This document shows positions 47,777-64,000 of a DNA stretch of 64,000 bases, piece by piece. The stretch lies in NCBI RefSeq assembly GCF_009914755.1, contig NC_060929.1; one strand, written 5' to 3'. Positions within the stretch are counted from its first letter, which is position 1. Each line of letters begins with the position of its first letter. The notes under the pieces were generated by a model. The model did not search any database. It was not told the origin of the DNA and saw nothing but the letters and a program-made list of their open reading frames with translations. The stretch is from the human T2T-CHM13v2.0 reference genome, Homo sapiens. A program made the position numbers and the translations under genes.

Positions 47777-47876
47777 CCTTTATGAGCTAACAGTGATTTG
47801 TTTTGAGAATTTTACACATAAAATTTACAATCTTCTTTATAACGAGAATTTTTCTGTTGCATAGCTAGACTGTCGA

Positions 47877-48077
47877 GCTCTGTACCGTCCTATATGGTTG
47901 CCACCAGCCACATGGGGCTGTTCAAATTAAAACTAATTAAACTTAGAATTTCTGTTCTTCAGCTGCACTAGCAACATTTCAAGTCCTTAATAGCTAATTT
48001 GGCTAGTGGCTATCGGGCTGGACAGTGCACACATACAATATTTTCATCACTGAAGAAAGTTCTATTAGACAGTGCTA
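47877..48077. mobile_element. MER3/MER33 hAT MITE
   Basis: gccaccagccacatgg...ggctagtggcta...aaagttctattagacagtgct. Confidence 0.75.
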
Positions 48078-48708
48078 GTGTAGATTAGGTATTTGGTAAA
48101 TTTTTATATATTAGATTACATTAAAGCAAGCCCCAGCTTAAACAAAATTACATTCAGACAACTTTATTAACTTGGATAGCATGAAAATACATTTTAGTAT
48201 GACAGCAGAATTGCCTCAAGTTCTGAGCTAGTAGAGTCAATATTAATGAAGAAAACATAAATATATATGTATCCATAATATAGTTATGTTAACTGTATCT
48301 CCTTATAATCTGCTGAAAGATGAAACAGAAGACAAAGACAGTAATAGAAATCTCAACCCACCAATAGTAAGTTCTACAATCTGAACATCTAACATATAAC
48401 TCATGAATAAAATGCAACAAGCTGAGATGTTTGGCATTTTTTTCCTGTTACCATTATTCACATTACAGTATATAATACATATATCATTAGGGTCTAAATG
48501 TACGCCCAACCCTGCAATTATATAATAATGGAATGAGTTGGGAATTGAGAGGTGGGTTTGATTTTTTCTCACTTCTACCTAAAAGTGTGATATATTGTAG
48601 ATAGGTATTCAGTTCTTCTACCCTTATATAAAACTTCCATTCTTCTGAGATTCACACCGTTCATCCAAATCACTATCTGGCTTCACCCCTATCTGGTTTA
48701 ATAAATAA

Positions 48709-51520
<2,812 letters not shown>

Positions 51521-52291
51521 ATGTTTGTATGTTTATGAAAAAAATTCAGAAGTGAACAATCATCTGCATATTTATAAAATCACCAAGAATTAAGACAGTA
51601 GTAGAGGTGGAAAGCATGAAAATGTTAACAGTCTAATGACATTAATTAAAAGCTGTGGTTTTTAGATAGGGGGAGGAAGAGTGATCTGGAGGAGTAATGA
51701 GATATAAACATTGTCAATCCACTTTGAGGCTCAGTCATTCAAGGGCTAAGAGAGAAAACAAAAGCCTACCCAGTTTGAAGACTATAGGAGAAGCAATATC
51801 TTCAGAGGAAGAGCTAGTTTCCATTAAAGTAAGAAGGTGAAAGGAAGGAAAATTCAGAGAAGTGAGTATTAGGGGTTTTGAATTCCTGAAAGTACAGAAG
51901 AAGTTTCAGTAGTTGGGCAGGGATACAAAACAGAACAGAGGAGGAAATATACAGCATCTTATCTATTGGATGAGGGATAATGTAGGAGTCTGGGGCTTCT
52001 TGCAGTGGCAAACATAAAATGGAATAAAGGGCATAATAAGATTAATTCTGTGGAGTCAAGAAAGATAGTGGTGTTGAAGTTGTGAGTGTGTGGGGCAGGG
52101 CAGTTCAGGGTGTGTGTGCCTCTCTTGATATCTGTTGGGGAAGAATATACTTGTTCCCAGTACTGGAGCTCCCCCTTGACCCTTATTAATGGAATTGATG
52201 GAGCTGAGGCCAGCTCCATTCATTATTAACAATTTAGAAAATTAATGTGACCTTCACACACATGTATTTCTTATCAAATAGTTTAAAATTA

Positions 52292-52438
<147 letters not shown>

Positions 52439-54573
52439 TTAAAATGTGAATACTAATACATCTGTCCATACAAAGAGTATATATATTACTTGATGAAAAC
52501 ATACTAAAGTTTACTTTCAAAAAATATATCATTTGACATGTTTTAATTATTAAAGTAATCATGCTGGTGATTGTTAGCAATAATTATGGTTGTTGAACAT
52601 AAAAATTAAGGCAGTTTATTATTAATTTTATTAATAGTACTATTAATTTTGTATTAATTTACTAGTAATTTATAAGATTCTTAATTGTCATGATTTACAT
52701 TCTCAAGAAAATCAATTGAATCAATATATTTTCTAATTATCATAGTAAAAATCACTTATTTATAATGAAAAGCCATTTAAATCATATTCAACAAAATCCA
52801 TAATCTGATGCTATATGTTCACCAACTAGGAAATGGAAAGTTTGTTTTTACTCCAGACAGGAAGCAAGGAGACATGAAATAACTCCTTGGAAATAGCTTT
52901 CATTCAAAGTGAATAATGCAAAAACAAATTTCCATCTTATTTCAAAATAGTCCATGAAGTTTAAAAATTTAAATCTAAAAATCAGATGGCTTTGCATTAT
53001 ATAAATACTAAATATTTTATATTTCACCAAAATTAATGAAACAGTAAGACGTCAAATATTTGACTAATATAAGTTAATCTTTAAAGGATTTAACATTAGG
53101 GAAAACCATTGCTATTATTTGGGCATACTACCATTGAGTGATAAAAACAACTAATTTCTTCTTTTAAAAGAGGTCCAGTTTTTTCCCTTAAGTATCTGGG
53201 TATATTATTTATCACAGGGTTTTTTATACTTTGATTAATTTATAGCAGCTTTCAGTTGAACTTACGTTAGTTATTCTGTAATTTTTTTAAAAAGATCAAG
53301 TCTAAATTATAATTTTGGCTCACTGGTATCAATGGGATCATTAAAGCTACATTTTGAATATATTTTGAATGCCAGTGAATGCTGACTCTAAGTAAGGAAG
53401 GGAAATGGCTCAGCTTGAACCAGCTTGAGAGAAATGGGTTGGTCAGACAAAAACAAGATAGTGGGGATGGTGGTAGCATGACTGGTTTATGAATGGGTAA
53501 CAGGAAGCTCTGTTTAGCAAGAGAGGAATAATTGATAGGAAGTGGGAGAATGGAAACACAGAACTAACATAAAGCAAAACAAGCTAAAAAGAGTAAAAGA
53601 AAAGAAAAAAGACAGTTGGAGACAGGAACCAAAGAGAGGGATCCTGAGTTAAAAATGGAGAAAAACTAAAAAATAAAAATAGACCATCTTTTATTTCAGA
53701 ATGAGAAAAAAAAAAGGAAAAGCCGTTATCATAACATCATTCTCCATCAAATACTAGCTGGGAAAGAAGGTCCTCAACCAGCGTTCTAGACAAAAATGGG
53801 CACTTGACATGCGGCAGCCAAAGAACAGTTTAGTCTCAGGGAGGACAAGAAAGTACAACTAGAGGAACCGTTCACCTGTAATGGGCATGGAGCACTGGTA
53901 GGAGGGAGAAGCAACAGAGCTAGCAAAGAATACTGATGGTGCTGGCCTTGTGCCAGGGGGACTCTGGCTGGAGAAAACAGTGGTGGAAGAGGTGCAGTCT
54001 GACCTGCATAAAACAGTCATGGGGAGAAAAGTGGTGGCAGCTCCGGAAGATGATTAATGGGGGCATATGAATGGAAACTATTTTAACACATGGGCAGTAT
54101 TCTTTTCATTGTGATTTGTGATGCGAATCAAGGCATTTCAACCCTTGAAGTGCTCTCATTGGTCCTTTTAATACTGATGTAGCAGTAATAATTTTATGTG
54201 ACATGTGAAAAGACCTTAGGTTTCCTGGGAATAATAGTAATGTAGCTAAGACCAGATCTGGATTCATCCATAATTCAGTAGTTTTTGGAGGAGGAAATCT
54301 GATTATTATTAGATTAAAAGTCTGGCTTATCTGGGACAGATACACAATACTTTCTATTTTTTACATTTTATTTTTGGTTACACAATAAGGGGAAAGGAAG
54401 AAGAAGAAAGTCTGTCTAACAAAGCTCCTCCACTTTCCTGTGCCTATGGCTTGTTCTGAAGACAAGTACTTGGCTCACTAGCGAAACGTTTTTACAGATA
54501 ACATGTGAAACCACAGCTTTGAATCATTTCCAACTGTGTCTTTTTGTTGGCTCCGGCTTACTTTAGCTACTTA

Positions 54574-54747
<174 letters not shown>

Positions 54748-55754
54748 TTAGCTTTTAGGCAGATAGAGCTATCAGGATAGAAATACATAAGGGTCAGGTA
54801 CTGACCAACTATAGGCATTAGCATTCTCCCAATTGATAACAGACAGATAGTTCTCTAACTGTGTTTAGACACTGGTGAATGTGCATGTGACTTGCGAATT
54901 ATCTTAGCTAGACCATGATTTATAAGCCTCTAACCTGTATTGGGAGTTCTAAAAAAAAGTCACATTGCTTCTTTTCCCTTGTTTCTATTCCTCTTGACTT
55001 TTAGTGTTTCTCATTATAGAGCTAGCTATAGACCTCAAAGTCTTTTTTAGATATTTTAGTATTTTATTTAAAATTTTTCTTTATATTTCACTATTATTAG
55101 ACTCATGGAATGATAACGCAATATGGAAGGTTCCCCAGTAAGGAATTTTTATGATGGTAATTGCTCTTTCTTAAAAAAAAAAAAAAAAAAGCCGGTTGAG
55201 GCTACAATAGTAAAAGAATGTGTTGTGGCATTTCATCTACATGAGCACTGCAGACATAATAAAAGTAATGCCAAGACATTAGGGACTGGGTACAAAAAAA
55301 CCCTTGTATACACTGACTAGCCATGTGTATGGCCCCCACATGAACATATGTACTGGAATTCTGCTCAGCTCTACTCTCCGTAATAAACCACACATACTGC
55401 ACCTAAGTAGAAAGCCAGGAATAATTTATTGAGACACAGACATCACAAAATCAACTCATAACTCTAGCATGATAAATCTTATTTGCAGAATATGGCAAAA
55501 TGAAAGTCTTTTTTAAACCAAGCATTTGTAGACTTTTGTTGATGCATTTTTCAAATTATCAAACTTTGACACACCAAAATAATGCTACTATGAAAGTCAT
55601 TTGTTTATATGAATAACAATAAGGAACATGGTTATCAGCAAAGTTGAACAAATGTCATCAATGTTAGGTTGTTTAATAAAAATTCAACCTTATATTAAAA
55701 TGAAAAGGGATCATGATGTGGTACTTAGAAAGTGATCAGTTTATTATACTAATT

Positions 55755-56660
55755 CTATCACCAAGCTTTGTTGGTTTTATCTCCAGAATATCCCTGGAAT
55801 TCTTTTACTTTTCACCTTCTTCATCGCTATACTCTAGATCAAACTGGCAAATGGAGTAGCTTCTTACCTGATCATTGTGCTTCTACTTTTTTCTCCTAGA
55901 ATCTATTTTCCAGAGAGCATTTAGAAAGATCTTTTAAAAACATGCTATCACATTATGCCACCTTTTTGCTTAAAAAAACTCAGTGGTTTCCTATTTCCAT
56001 AACACTGATCAACAGTAGATTTAGTGATCTAGCCCCTGCCTCCTTCCTCAGCCCCATTCTCTCTCTTACACAGATTACTCCAGACACATTGGATTTCCAC
56101 CTTCATACACTAATCTTGTTCCTCCTTAGAGCATCTGAATTTACTGGTCCTTCTAGTAATGCTTTGTTCCCAATTCCTTCTACTGCTGTCTTCTCATCTT
56201 TCAGTCTCAGGTCAAGTGTCATTTCAACAGAGAGATCTTTCCTTGACCATCCTCATTCTAAAATGATACCTCAATACCCTTTCCTGCTCCCAGACCATGT
56301 AACAGTGATTCTGTCCTACTGCTTTAGTTCCCTCTTACCACTTACCACTACTTTAAATTGCCCTGTTTACTTATCAAATTACTTCTTTGTAATGTAAAAG
56401 CCTCAAGAGTCACTTGTGGCTATTTAAATTTAAATTAATTGAAGAATTCAGTTCCTCAGACCCACTAGCCACAGGTAGCTAGTGGCTACTATGTTGGACA
56501 GAGCAGATGCAGAACATTTGCATCACCACAAAACGTTTTATTGGAAACAATGAATGCCTAGAATAGCACTTGGCATGTAGTGTGTATGTAACAAAAATTT
56601 ATTAGATTAATTAATTGGCACATAGTATGTATGCAACAAAAATTAATTAGATTAATTAAT
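55755..56660 (+). mobile_element. L2 3' region with a nested MER3/33 fragment (~56,410-56,550)
   Basis: ctcaggtcaagtgtcatttcaacagagagatctttccttgacc; cactagccacagg..gctagtggctac. Confidence 0.65.
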
Positions 56661-59600
56661 AAGTAGTTAAATTAAGGAATTGTGTCCTATTTTGGTTATC
56701 ACATGGCAGGAAGGAACTGGAGATACTGGAGGGTAAAGAAACCAAATTCATATTTGTTTCCTAGTAGATGGTACCAAATTGACAATCAATGAGCTGTGCT
56801 AGTTGTAACAGCATAACGGACTTTTTAGAGCAGTGCTGAGCAATTATTTGTCTATAAAAAATTAGGCAAGAGGAAGTTAACATTTCCTTGGCTGTAGGGA
56901 AGAATATCTGACCCTAAGTCTGATATATATTAAAACAGGATATTAAGAAAGATTATTGAGTTTTGAGCAATAAAAATTATCATGAAGAAAAAAAGATCAT
57001 CTGTTCAGAATGATGAAGAAGAGGCAGCTGGCTAAACCAATAATATAGTATCAACCCTGTGATCAGGGTTACTGATAATGTATACTTGAGAAGGAGAAAA
57101 TGTTCCACTTGAAAACTTACGACTTAGCTAGTTGGTCTTGAAGAACAATTTTTATAGTGATATGTTAATTGCATCAGATCTGCACCTATACAAAAGTCAC
57201 AACATCTGGCCAAATAATCTCCAGTTTTGTGGTTTTCTTACTACAAGTAACTGTGTGTAAAAATATTTATGTTTGCACCCAGTTTTCCTATGCAAATAAC
57301 TGAGCAGTATAGTCCTGGCCAGCAATTAACTGCTTTTTTTTTTCCCTGTCTGCAATTAATGAGAACTGACACTTTCAGAAACTTCAAATCTTAAAACATG
57401 CCTATTTTTTCAAATTGGAAACTTAGCATTATTGATTTCAAATAACATTAAAGCTTGATTTTACATTTATTTTATATAATCACAGAGTTGAATCTAAAGC
57501 TCAAAGGAACTTCAGAATTCATAAGGCCTAAGCACTTCAGTTTTTCAGATGAGGACACCAGAACCTAAAGGAATTGACTTGCCCAAGATCACATACTAGT
57601 AGAAAAGGGATTATCTGTCTAAAATACGTAAAAAAATTAGTGGTAAAAAAAAATCCATTGGAGGTGTATGATTATGTATTTGAAGACATTAAAGAATAAC
57701 ATGCTTTACTGGATTTTTATAACTACATAAAATACAAAATAATACTAGAGTTTTTTTTTAAACACAGCTGTAGATACACGTTATTTCAGACCTCTTTGTA
57801 TATACCTATGATTTGTAGAGAAAAAATAGTCAGGTTTTTTCATTTGTCAGGTGACAAAAGAATTGTGAGAGCTACAAGAATACTTAAAGATGTAGGTTCC
57901 AAAGTATTTATTAATATTATTACACATTTCTAGAATGCTCACAAAATGTAGGGCAGTGAGAAAAGTCACATGAACTAAAGTCATTCTTTAGGTAAATGAT
58001 AAATACAATATTCACTTCGTAAAATGCTGCTCAGTGTTCATCACTAAAGTCTACACAACAGTAGTATTTCATAAATGGTTTGCTAAAAGGCCTTATACTG
58101 CATAAATTCATGCTTTGGTTATATCTATTCCATGGAGCTATATCATAATAGGTAATTTTATCAGAAAGTTAAGTAACAAACATTAATGGGTAAATAATTT
58201 GTAATATAAGTATCAGTCACCTAGCAGTTGACAAGAGTGTAGTCTCTAATTTAATACTAGTTAACAACTTAGTTAACTAGCTAACAAGTTAACAACTTTG
58301 GTCTGTGTAGGACTTTATGTTACAAACTTCAGTTCTAGCAATATCTTTGATCCAAAGCAAGTCACTTTTCTTTCTTCTCTTTTGTTTCCTTAACTATAAA
58401 ATGGAAACTAATTTTAGTTCTTGATTCCAATATGGTTTAGATTAGGGAAACTTTTAAAATAGTTCAACGCATACATACCTTCAAAAAAGTTAAAAACCTA
58501 CGGAACAACTTGTTTGATTTTGATCTCTGCAGAAGTGTTCGTGTTTTGTTTTCCTCCTTTGTTATTTATAAAAATGGATCTCTTTATAATTATGGCTACT
58601 TTTCTCCTTTGGTAGTAGTAAACATCAATGTAGTATATGATTTTAAGAGAAGAAACTTATTTAATTAACAAAAGGGCTTTAAGAAGCCCATGGGGACTTC
58701 ATGTGGATCAAGTGATTTGAATGACTCTTCTAGCTGATTGCATTAATCAATATAAATTAAGAGTTTAATGTGTGTAAATAATGAGTAGAATAATTAGATT
58801 ACACCAAATAAAGCAACTTGGAATATATAAATCTTATAACCACATAATAATGAGATTCTGAGTGTTGTGCCATCTGTTTTTACTCTTTCTTTTACCTGAA
58901 GTTACCAAACCTGTAAAAGCTCTATTTACAGAGAGATAGAATTTTACTTTACGTTTTAAACTAGAAAAGTTAAATATGTAGATGCAAACAAGTTTCTAAT
59001 CTTTATTTTCAAAGGTTATCCAATCTAGTGATTTTGGACTATTCTAAATAACAGTCATGTTACTTTAGTCTAAATTATCCGGATAAATTGGATAAATTTG
59101 GCCTTCTTCTTGCTAATTGGGGTATGTTTAACCACATTCATAAAGGTTAAAGAAGTGAAGCCATCATATTTTTTTCCAAGAATAAAATCTTATATTGTTC
59201 ATTATTGCTTTTCACATTTCTTCTAAATTAAATAAATGTTTTCAACACAATCTAGAAAGATGGTATATTCCAGTCAGGCTTTAAGAGCCTTCTTTAGAAA
59301 CACTACTTATTATTAAACAACATCTCTTGCTATTATACTACTAAATATTATGATCTACATCAAGGGACTTTAAGAAAGATACATTATAAATCAAATAATT
59401 TAACTTTGAAAATTTGTCACATTTCCATGAAGGAAAACTTCAAGATGAGTATATGCAGTATTTAAAAAAAATTTTTTTCTAGATGTGATTATGGTATACC
59501 TTTTAATATCCAGTACTGGGTCCAGGCAGCATTTGGAATAAGAGACCTCTAAGGAAATTCTAAGATTTTGCAGGAAGTAATATTAGTGATTCAATACAGA

Positions 59601-60049
59601 ACATTCTTCCCAAGTCAGAAGAGCTGAGTGTTGGAGCACAGCACTATTAAAAGCCTTATCTTTCCACTGTGCAGGTGCAGGAATGCTAAAGCTACATTTC
59701 AGCCCAAATTCTAAATCAGAAGTTGTCATCCCATACTATTTAGATTTCTACAGCAATTGGAAGAACTATTCTTTCTTCACTTCCTGTGTTTATAGTTTGG
59801 GAACCAGTCAAAACATACTGTATTCTACCCTAAGTAAATTAAGAACTAAGGCTGCAAACGTCCTATTATATATCCAGTGCTTTAGAAGGGCATTTAATAA
59901 TACTATTCTAATCCAGCCCTGTGTTTCCTATGGAAAGATATTAGGAATCAATGTCACTTACATGTAAACCCAAATACTGGGCTATATCTCTAATTGGGTC
60001 TTGTAGAGTCATTAAATCAATCTATTGGCTATAAGCCAGTATTTGAAGC

Positions 60050-60920
60050 CTTCTTTGTGGTCACCAACAGGGATTACAAGGATTGGGTTTTGATTATCCT
60101 TAATATCCTGTTCAGTAACAATGCCAACACTACTATCAAAGTTTTTACAATCTAAATCCTTATTTACTATTTCGTCAATTATGGCATTGCTCTGATTCCT
60201 GTCCAAAGGGCTATTGCTGATGCTGTATCCAAGGAAAGCTCTCTGGCTGAAAGTTATATTAATTGATTTGTAGGAGACTGACCCATAGACACACAGTACC
60301 AGCGCACCGTCTGGGCTCATCAAATTTCCTCCTTTGGTTAATGCTACTGTCCCTGAGCACATCCATTCAGACCATATGGTTCTTATTCAATCCTTGAATG
60401 GCTTATTCAGGCGAACATCCAATGGCTGTAATAGCGATGTCAGACCCCCCAGGACTCACGCAAAGATCAGTTTTTAATTTTTTGGCCATATTTCTTACTC
60501 CATCTGTTAAATGTGCATGGAACAGTTCCCATACTTACATGGAACATTTGTGGAACTGCGCCCCTGGGCAGGGATCCCATATCTTTTGCAGCCAGAGTTT
60601 GACGAGATCATCATGGATTCAATCCTCTGGATATGTCTATGCTATCACTCGAGCAGTATTTCTACCCCCTCCCTTTTAAAAAAAGATTTATTCAGAAAAC
60701 TATGAGCAGCTTTGGTTTTATTCTGCTGGCTAGACAGTGTATAGGTTCTTTCCTGTTCCTTCTGGTGAGAGTAGTTTTGAAACTCAGAGTTAAGACCAGA
60801 GGTTGTGAATATTTCATCCATTTCTCGGAGACACACAAACTCATGCTTATACTCTCTACTGCCAGCTAAGGCAGTCTGCCAAAGAATTTTCTGCCCACCA
60901 TCATTTAAGGTTGGCAAATA
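60050..60920 (-). mobile_element. Fossil pogo-superfamily (Passer/Tc2-like, POGK-related) DDE transposase coding region
   Basis: Frame-stitched translation: SREYKHEFVCLREMDE...LVKLWLQKIWDPCPGAQFHKCSM*VWELFHAHLTDGVRNMAKKLKTDLCVSPGG/LTSLLQPLDVRLNKPFKD*IRTIWSEWMCSG..LTKGGNL...RAFLGYSISN. Matches pogo DDE_1 motifs; 35 residues separate the 2nd and 3rd catalytic positions. Confidence 0.85.
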
Positions 60921-61339
60921 ACAATGAAAAGTATTGATGATACTCTAGTAATATGTTAGCACTTTCCCTCTGAGGAGGCCCGCAAAAAGCTCACTGAAAT
61001 ATTATCTAATTCTATCCTTATATTATCTCTACGAAATATATAGAAATTGGTTGTCTCCCATTTTAGAGATTCATTATTTTACCAATTGTCACACAATCAT
61101 ATATGCTTAGCTCAATGTTCTACTCACATTGCTTTCTTATTGTGATTCCTAAAAGGAAACACTGTTTACAGGTAGAAAAATGAAAAATCTGTTTAGTACT
61201 AAAGGGCGAAATACACTGTCACCACCTAGATTAGGCTTAGTGACCCACTTGATTCCCGTGACAATGAAAAATTGCTTTTTTACTTTGCAAAATTTCTCAT
61301 GTGAAGATAAAGTAAAATTAGAGTCAGCATAGAGAGGCA

Positions 61340-61545
61340 AAGATTTCAACTCTGAAATTAGAAAGACCTGGGCTGAAATGTCAGCTATGCCATTAAATTA
61401 CTGTTCAATTTAGGGCTAGTAAGTCTTATTTTTCTCTTCTGTAAAATGGAGTTAAAACTGTACCTACCTCATATGATTTCTCTTAATATTAAACATAAGA
61501 ATGATTGTAAAGTACTTAGCAACATGTGATGGGCATAGTGTAAGT
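61340..61545 (+). mobile_element. MIR
   Basis: agaaagacctgggctgaa...ttctcttctgtaaaatgg...tacctacctc...gtaaagtacttagc. Confidence 0.7.
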
Positions 61546-61547
61546 AC

Positions 61548-61850
61548 TTTTTTTTTTTTTTTTTTTGAGATGGAGTCTTGCTCTGTTGCCCAGGCTGGAG
61601 GGCAATGGCGTGCAATCTTGTCTCACTGCAACCTCCGCCTCCTGGGTTCAAGTGATCCTCCTGTCTCAGGCTCCTGAGTAGCTGGGACTACAGGTGCCTG
61701 CCACCATGCCCGGCTAATTTTTGTATTTTTAGTAGAGACAGGGTTTCACCATGTTGGCCAGGCTAGTCTTGAACTCCTGACCTAAGGTGATCAGCCCACC
61801 TAGGCTTCCCAAAGTGCTGGGATTGTAGGCATAAGCCACCAGGCCCGGCC
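61548..61850 (-). mobile_element. AluS
   Basis: Full dimer; TSD gtaagtactt. Confidence 0.9.
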
Positions 61851-62864
61851 GTAAGTACTTCTTAAATATTCATCATCTTTGTCATTATTGTTACTGGGAT
61901 GTCAATTATTTTTAGATGGCAAGTATACAAACTAACCACAGAAAGTTGACCAGATTAATTGAAAATTCCACTTTAATTTTGTCAATAGCTCTTTGCAGGG
62001 CTGTTTTGCTCTGGGTCAAAATTCTGAGGTCTGGTTTACTTTCCAAATATTATAGCCCTAAGGGCAAAATCTCCATTTGGCAACAGTAAATATTCTTCCT
62101 TCTTAAGGAGAAAAAAATAACAAAAATTAACAACAAAAATTCATACAAGAGGTAACATGGTCAATACAGTTAGTAAAAGATAAAAAATAAAGAAGTGTTT
62201 TGCTCACGTGTCTAGTTCTTTTTGTTTGTTTTTTCTTAAAAATGCAGGCTGATTTAGTTTTCTGAAAGCTTCTTCATAAGTTCAAAGTTAATAAGGTTAT
62301 TCTGAGGACCATCTACTGCTCTATCCTTTTCCTTTCTAGGAATCTGCATTTGTATTTTTTTCATTCATTTATTCATTCTTTTTAAGACTTATTAGTGTCA
62401 TTCCTAAAACTTTATCTATCTTCCAGGTCTCTGGAAAAACAACAAAGATTTGTTTTGTAGATAAGTTTTAGACAGTGATATCCGCTATATTGGCCTTATG
62501 ATAGTACACTCTTATGTTGTGAATATAAATGACCCCTTGACATATAAACTTTGCCATATTTACAAGGTTTTTAAATAGTTTTTCATGGAGGCCTTTGGAG
62601 GTATGTCAGAAGCTGGCAAAGGTCCAAAGACAGGGTAAAGGGCAGGCAAGAGGCTTTTTAAACCAGAGCATTTCCATTTTTTTCAAACGTATATATATTA
62701 GAATTCTATAGACTTCATTTAAAGAAAGGGTTTATGGATCAAAAAGTTGATGATTAACCTAGATTAAGAAGGTGAATCTTTAGAAATCAAATATATTTTG
62801 CCCCATTTTATCACTTTCTCTTGTCTGTGATCATTCTTATTTGTGCTTAGAAGTAATTATATTT

Positions 62865-63155
<291 letters not shown>

Positions 63156-64000
63156 CACAAATTACATTTCCTCTCTATTTGCTTATTGAAATTTAAATTC
63201 AATACCATTAGCTTTAAAATTGTCTGAGAGTATTTCTAGTTATCCCTCAAATTGTAATTTCCAAGAAATTTATCATCTCTATCATATATACGCACATATA
63301 TGCTATAAGATATGACATTTGATGGCCCTGCTTTAAGCACAAATGATCAGTATTAAATACGTATTTACAATATAATTTACTGGTGGAGCTGAGCTATGTG
63401 TTCTCAGATAGCCACTACTAGTGGTTTACTGTGGACCATGAACTTGATCATGAGAATAATAATAAATCAATGGCAAATAAAGAAACAGATTCTCCCTGTG
63501 ACTCTCCCTCTTTATGGTTGTGTATTTCTTCTAAGTAGAGACTGAGGTAAATTGACAAGAATTATTGGTTCCAAAGTAAATATGGATTGTTGTTTCAAGA
63601 ATGCAATTCCTAATATTTTCTATTACTTTAGTGAAAAAAAATAGAAGGAATTTTTGGTAGTGCATGAATTTCTTTGTATTTTTATTGGCTACTTACAATA
63701 TCTTAAAAAAAAAGATTCTAAATCCTTTTTCAATTACCCTATCAGTTCATATATTTAGCATAATTTACCAACATTTCCAAACTTAGCATGGAAAAGCCAT
63801 CAACATGGCACTAGGTCATGGGTCCTGAATGAAGCCGTCAGCAAGGATTAATAAACTGTGACAGCTGCCCAAAAGCTTTCATTCTTTTTTACTTAAACAT
63901 CAGATTGCAAGCTGAAACTCAGCATAATCCTTGTTGAAACTAGCCCAGCTAACATGGAAGAAGTCAGAACTGAGAACAGATGACAGTAATAGTTATTGCA

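Noticed and set aside
55942-56397. 151-aa plus-strand ORF
   Set aside because: Lies in pyrimidine-rich L2 sequence; no recognisable domain or splice context
58257-58298. ctagttaac/gttaactag hairpin and repeated agttaacaactt
   Set aside because: The 9-bp stem is within chance or local slippage expectation in AT-rich DNA
59075-59086. 12-bp perfect palindrome ttatccggataa
   Set aside because: Expected by chance in 64 kb
59816-59830. TA|CTGTATTC as a possible terminal inverted repeat of the pogo fossil
   Set aside because: Too short, and I found no matching partner at the other end

Overview
This is human genomic DNA: it carries a near-consensus AluYg6 and primate Alu, L1PA and MER50 repeats. 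The whole window lies inside the ADAMTS6 gene, transcribed on the minus strand. Eight internal coding exons were reconstructed by hand (955 nt in total, all GT-AG, phases chaining without a stop). They encode the end of the disintegrin-like region, central TSR1, the cysteine-rich domain, the spacer and the start of TSR2. The rest is AT-rich intron filled with retroelements and DNA-transposon fossils. I see no complete novel biological system. The most unexpected signal is an ~0.9 kb fossil of a pogo/Passer-type (POGK-like) DD35D transposase at ~60,050-60,920, split by frameshifts so the ORF track shows only fragments. Other points of interest: a nested RPL5 retrocopy with an AluYg6 inside it and both TSDs intact; a 49-codon intronic read-through giving a truncated ADAMTS6; in-frame exon blocks flanked by inverted Alus (possible circRNAs); MLT2A and MER50 solo LTRs; and a layered AT-rich minisatellite. 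Repeat subfamily names come from my recall of consensus sequences, not from a search.
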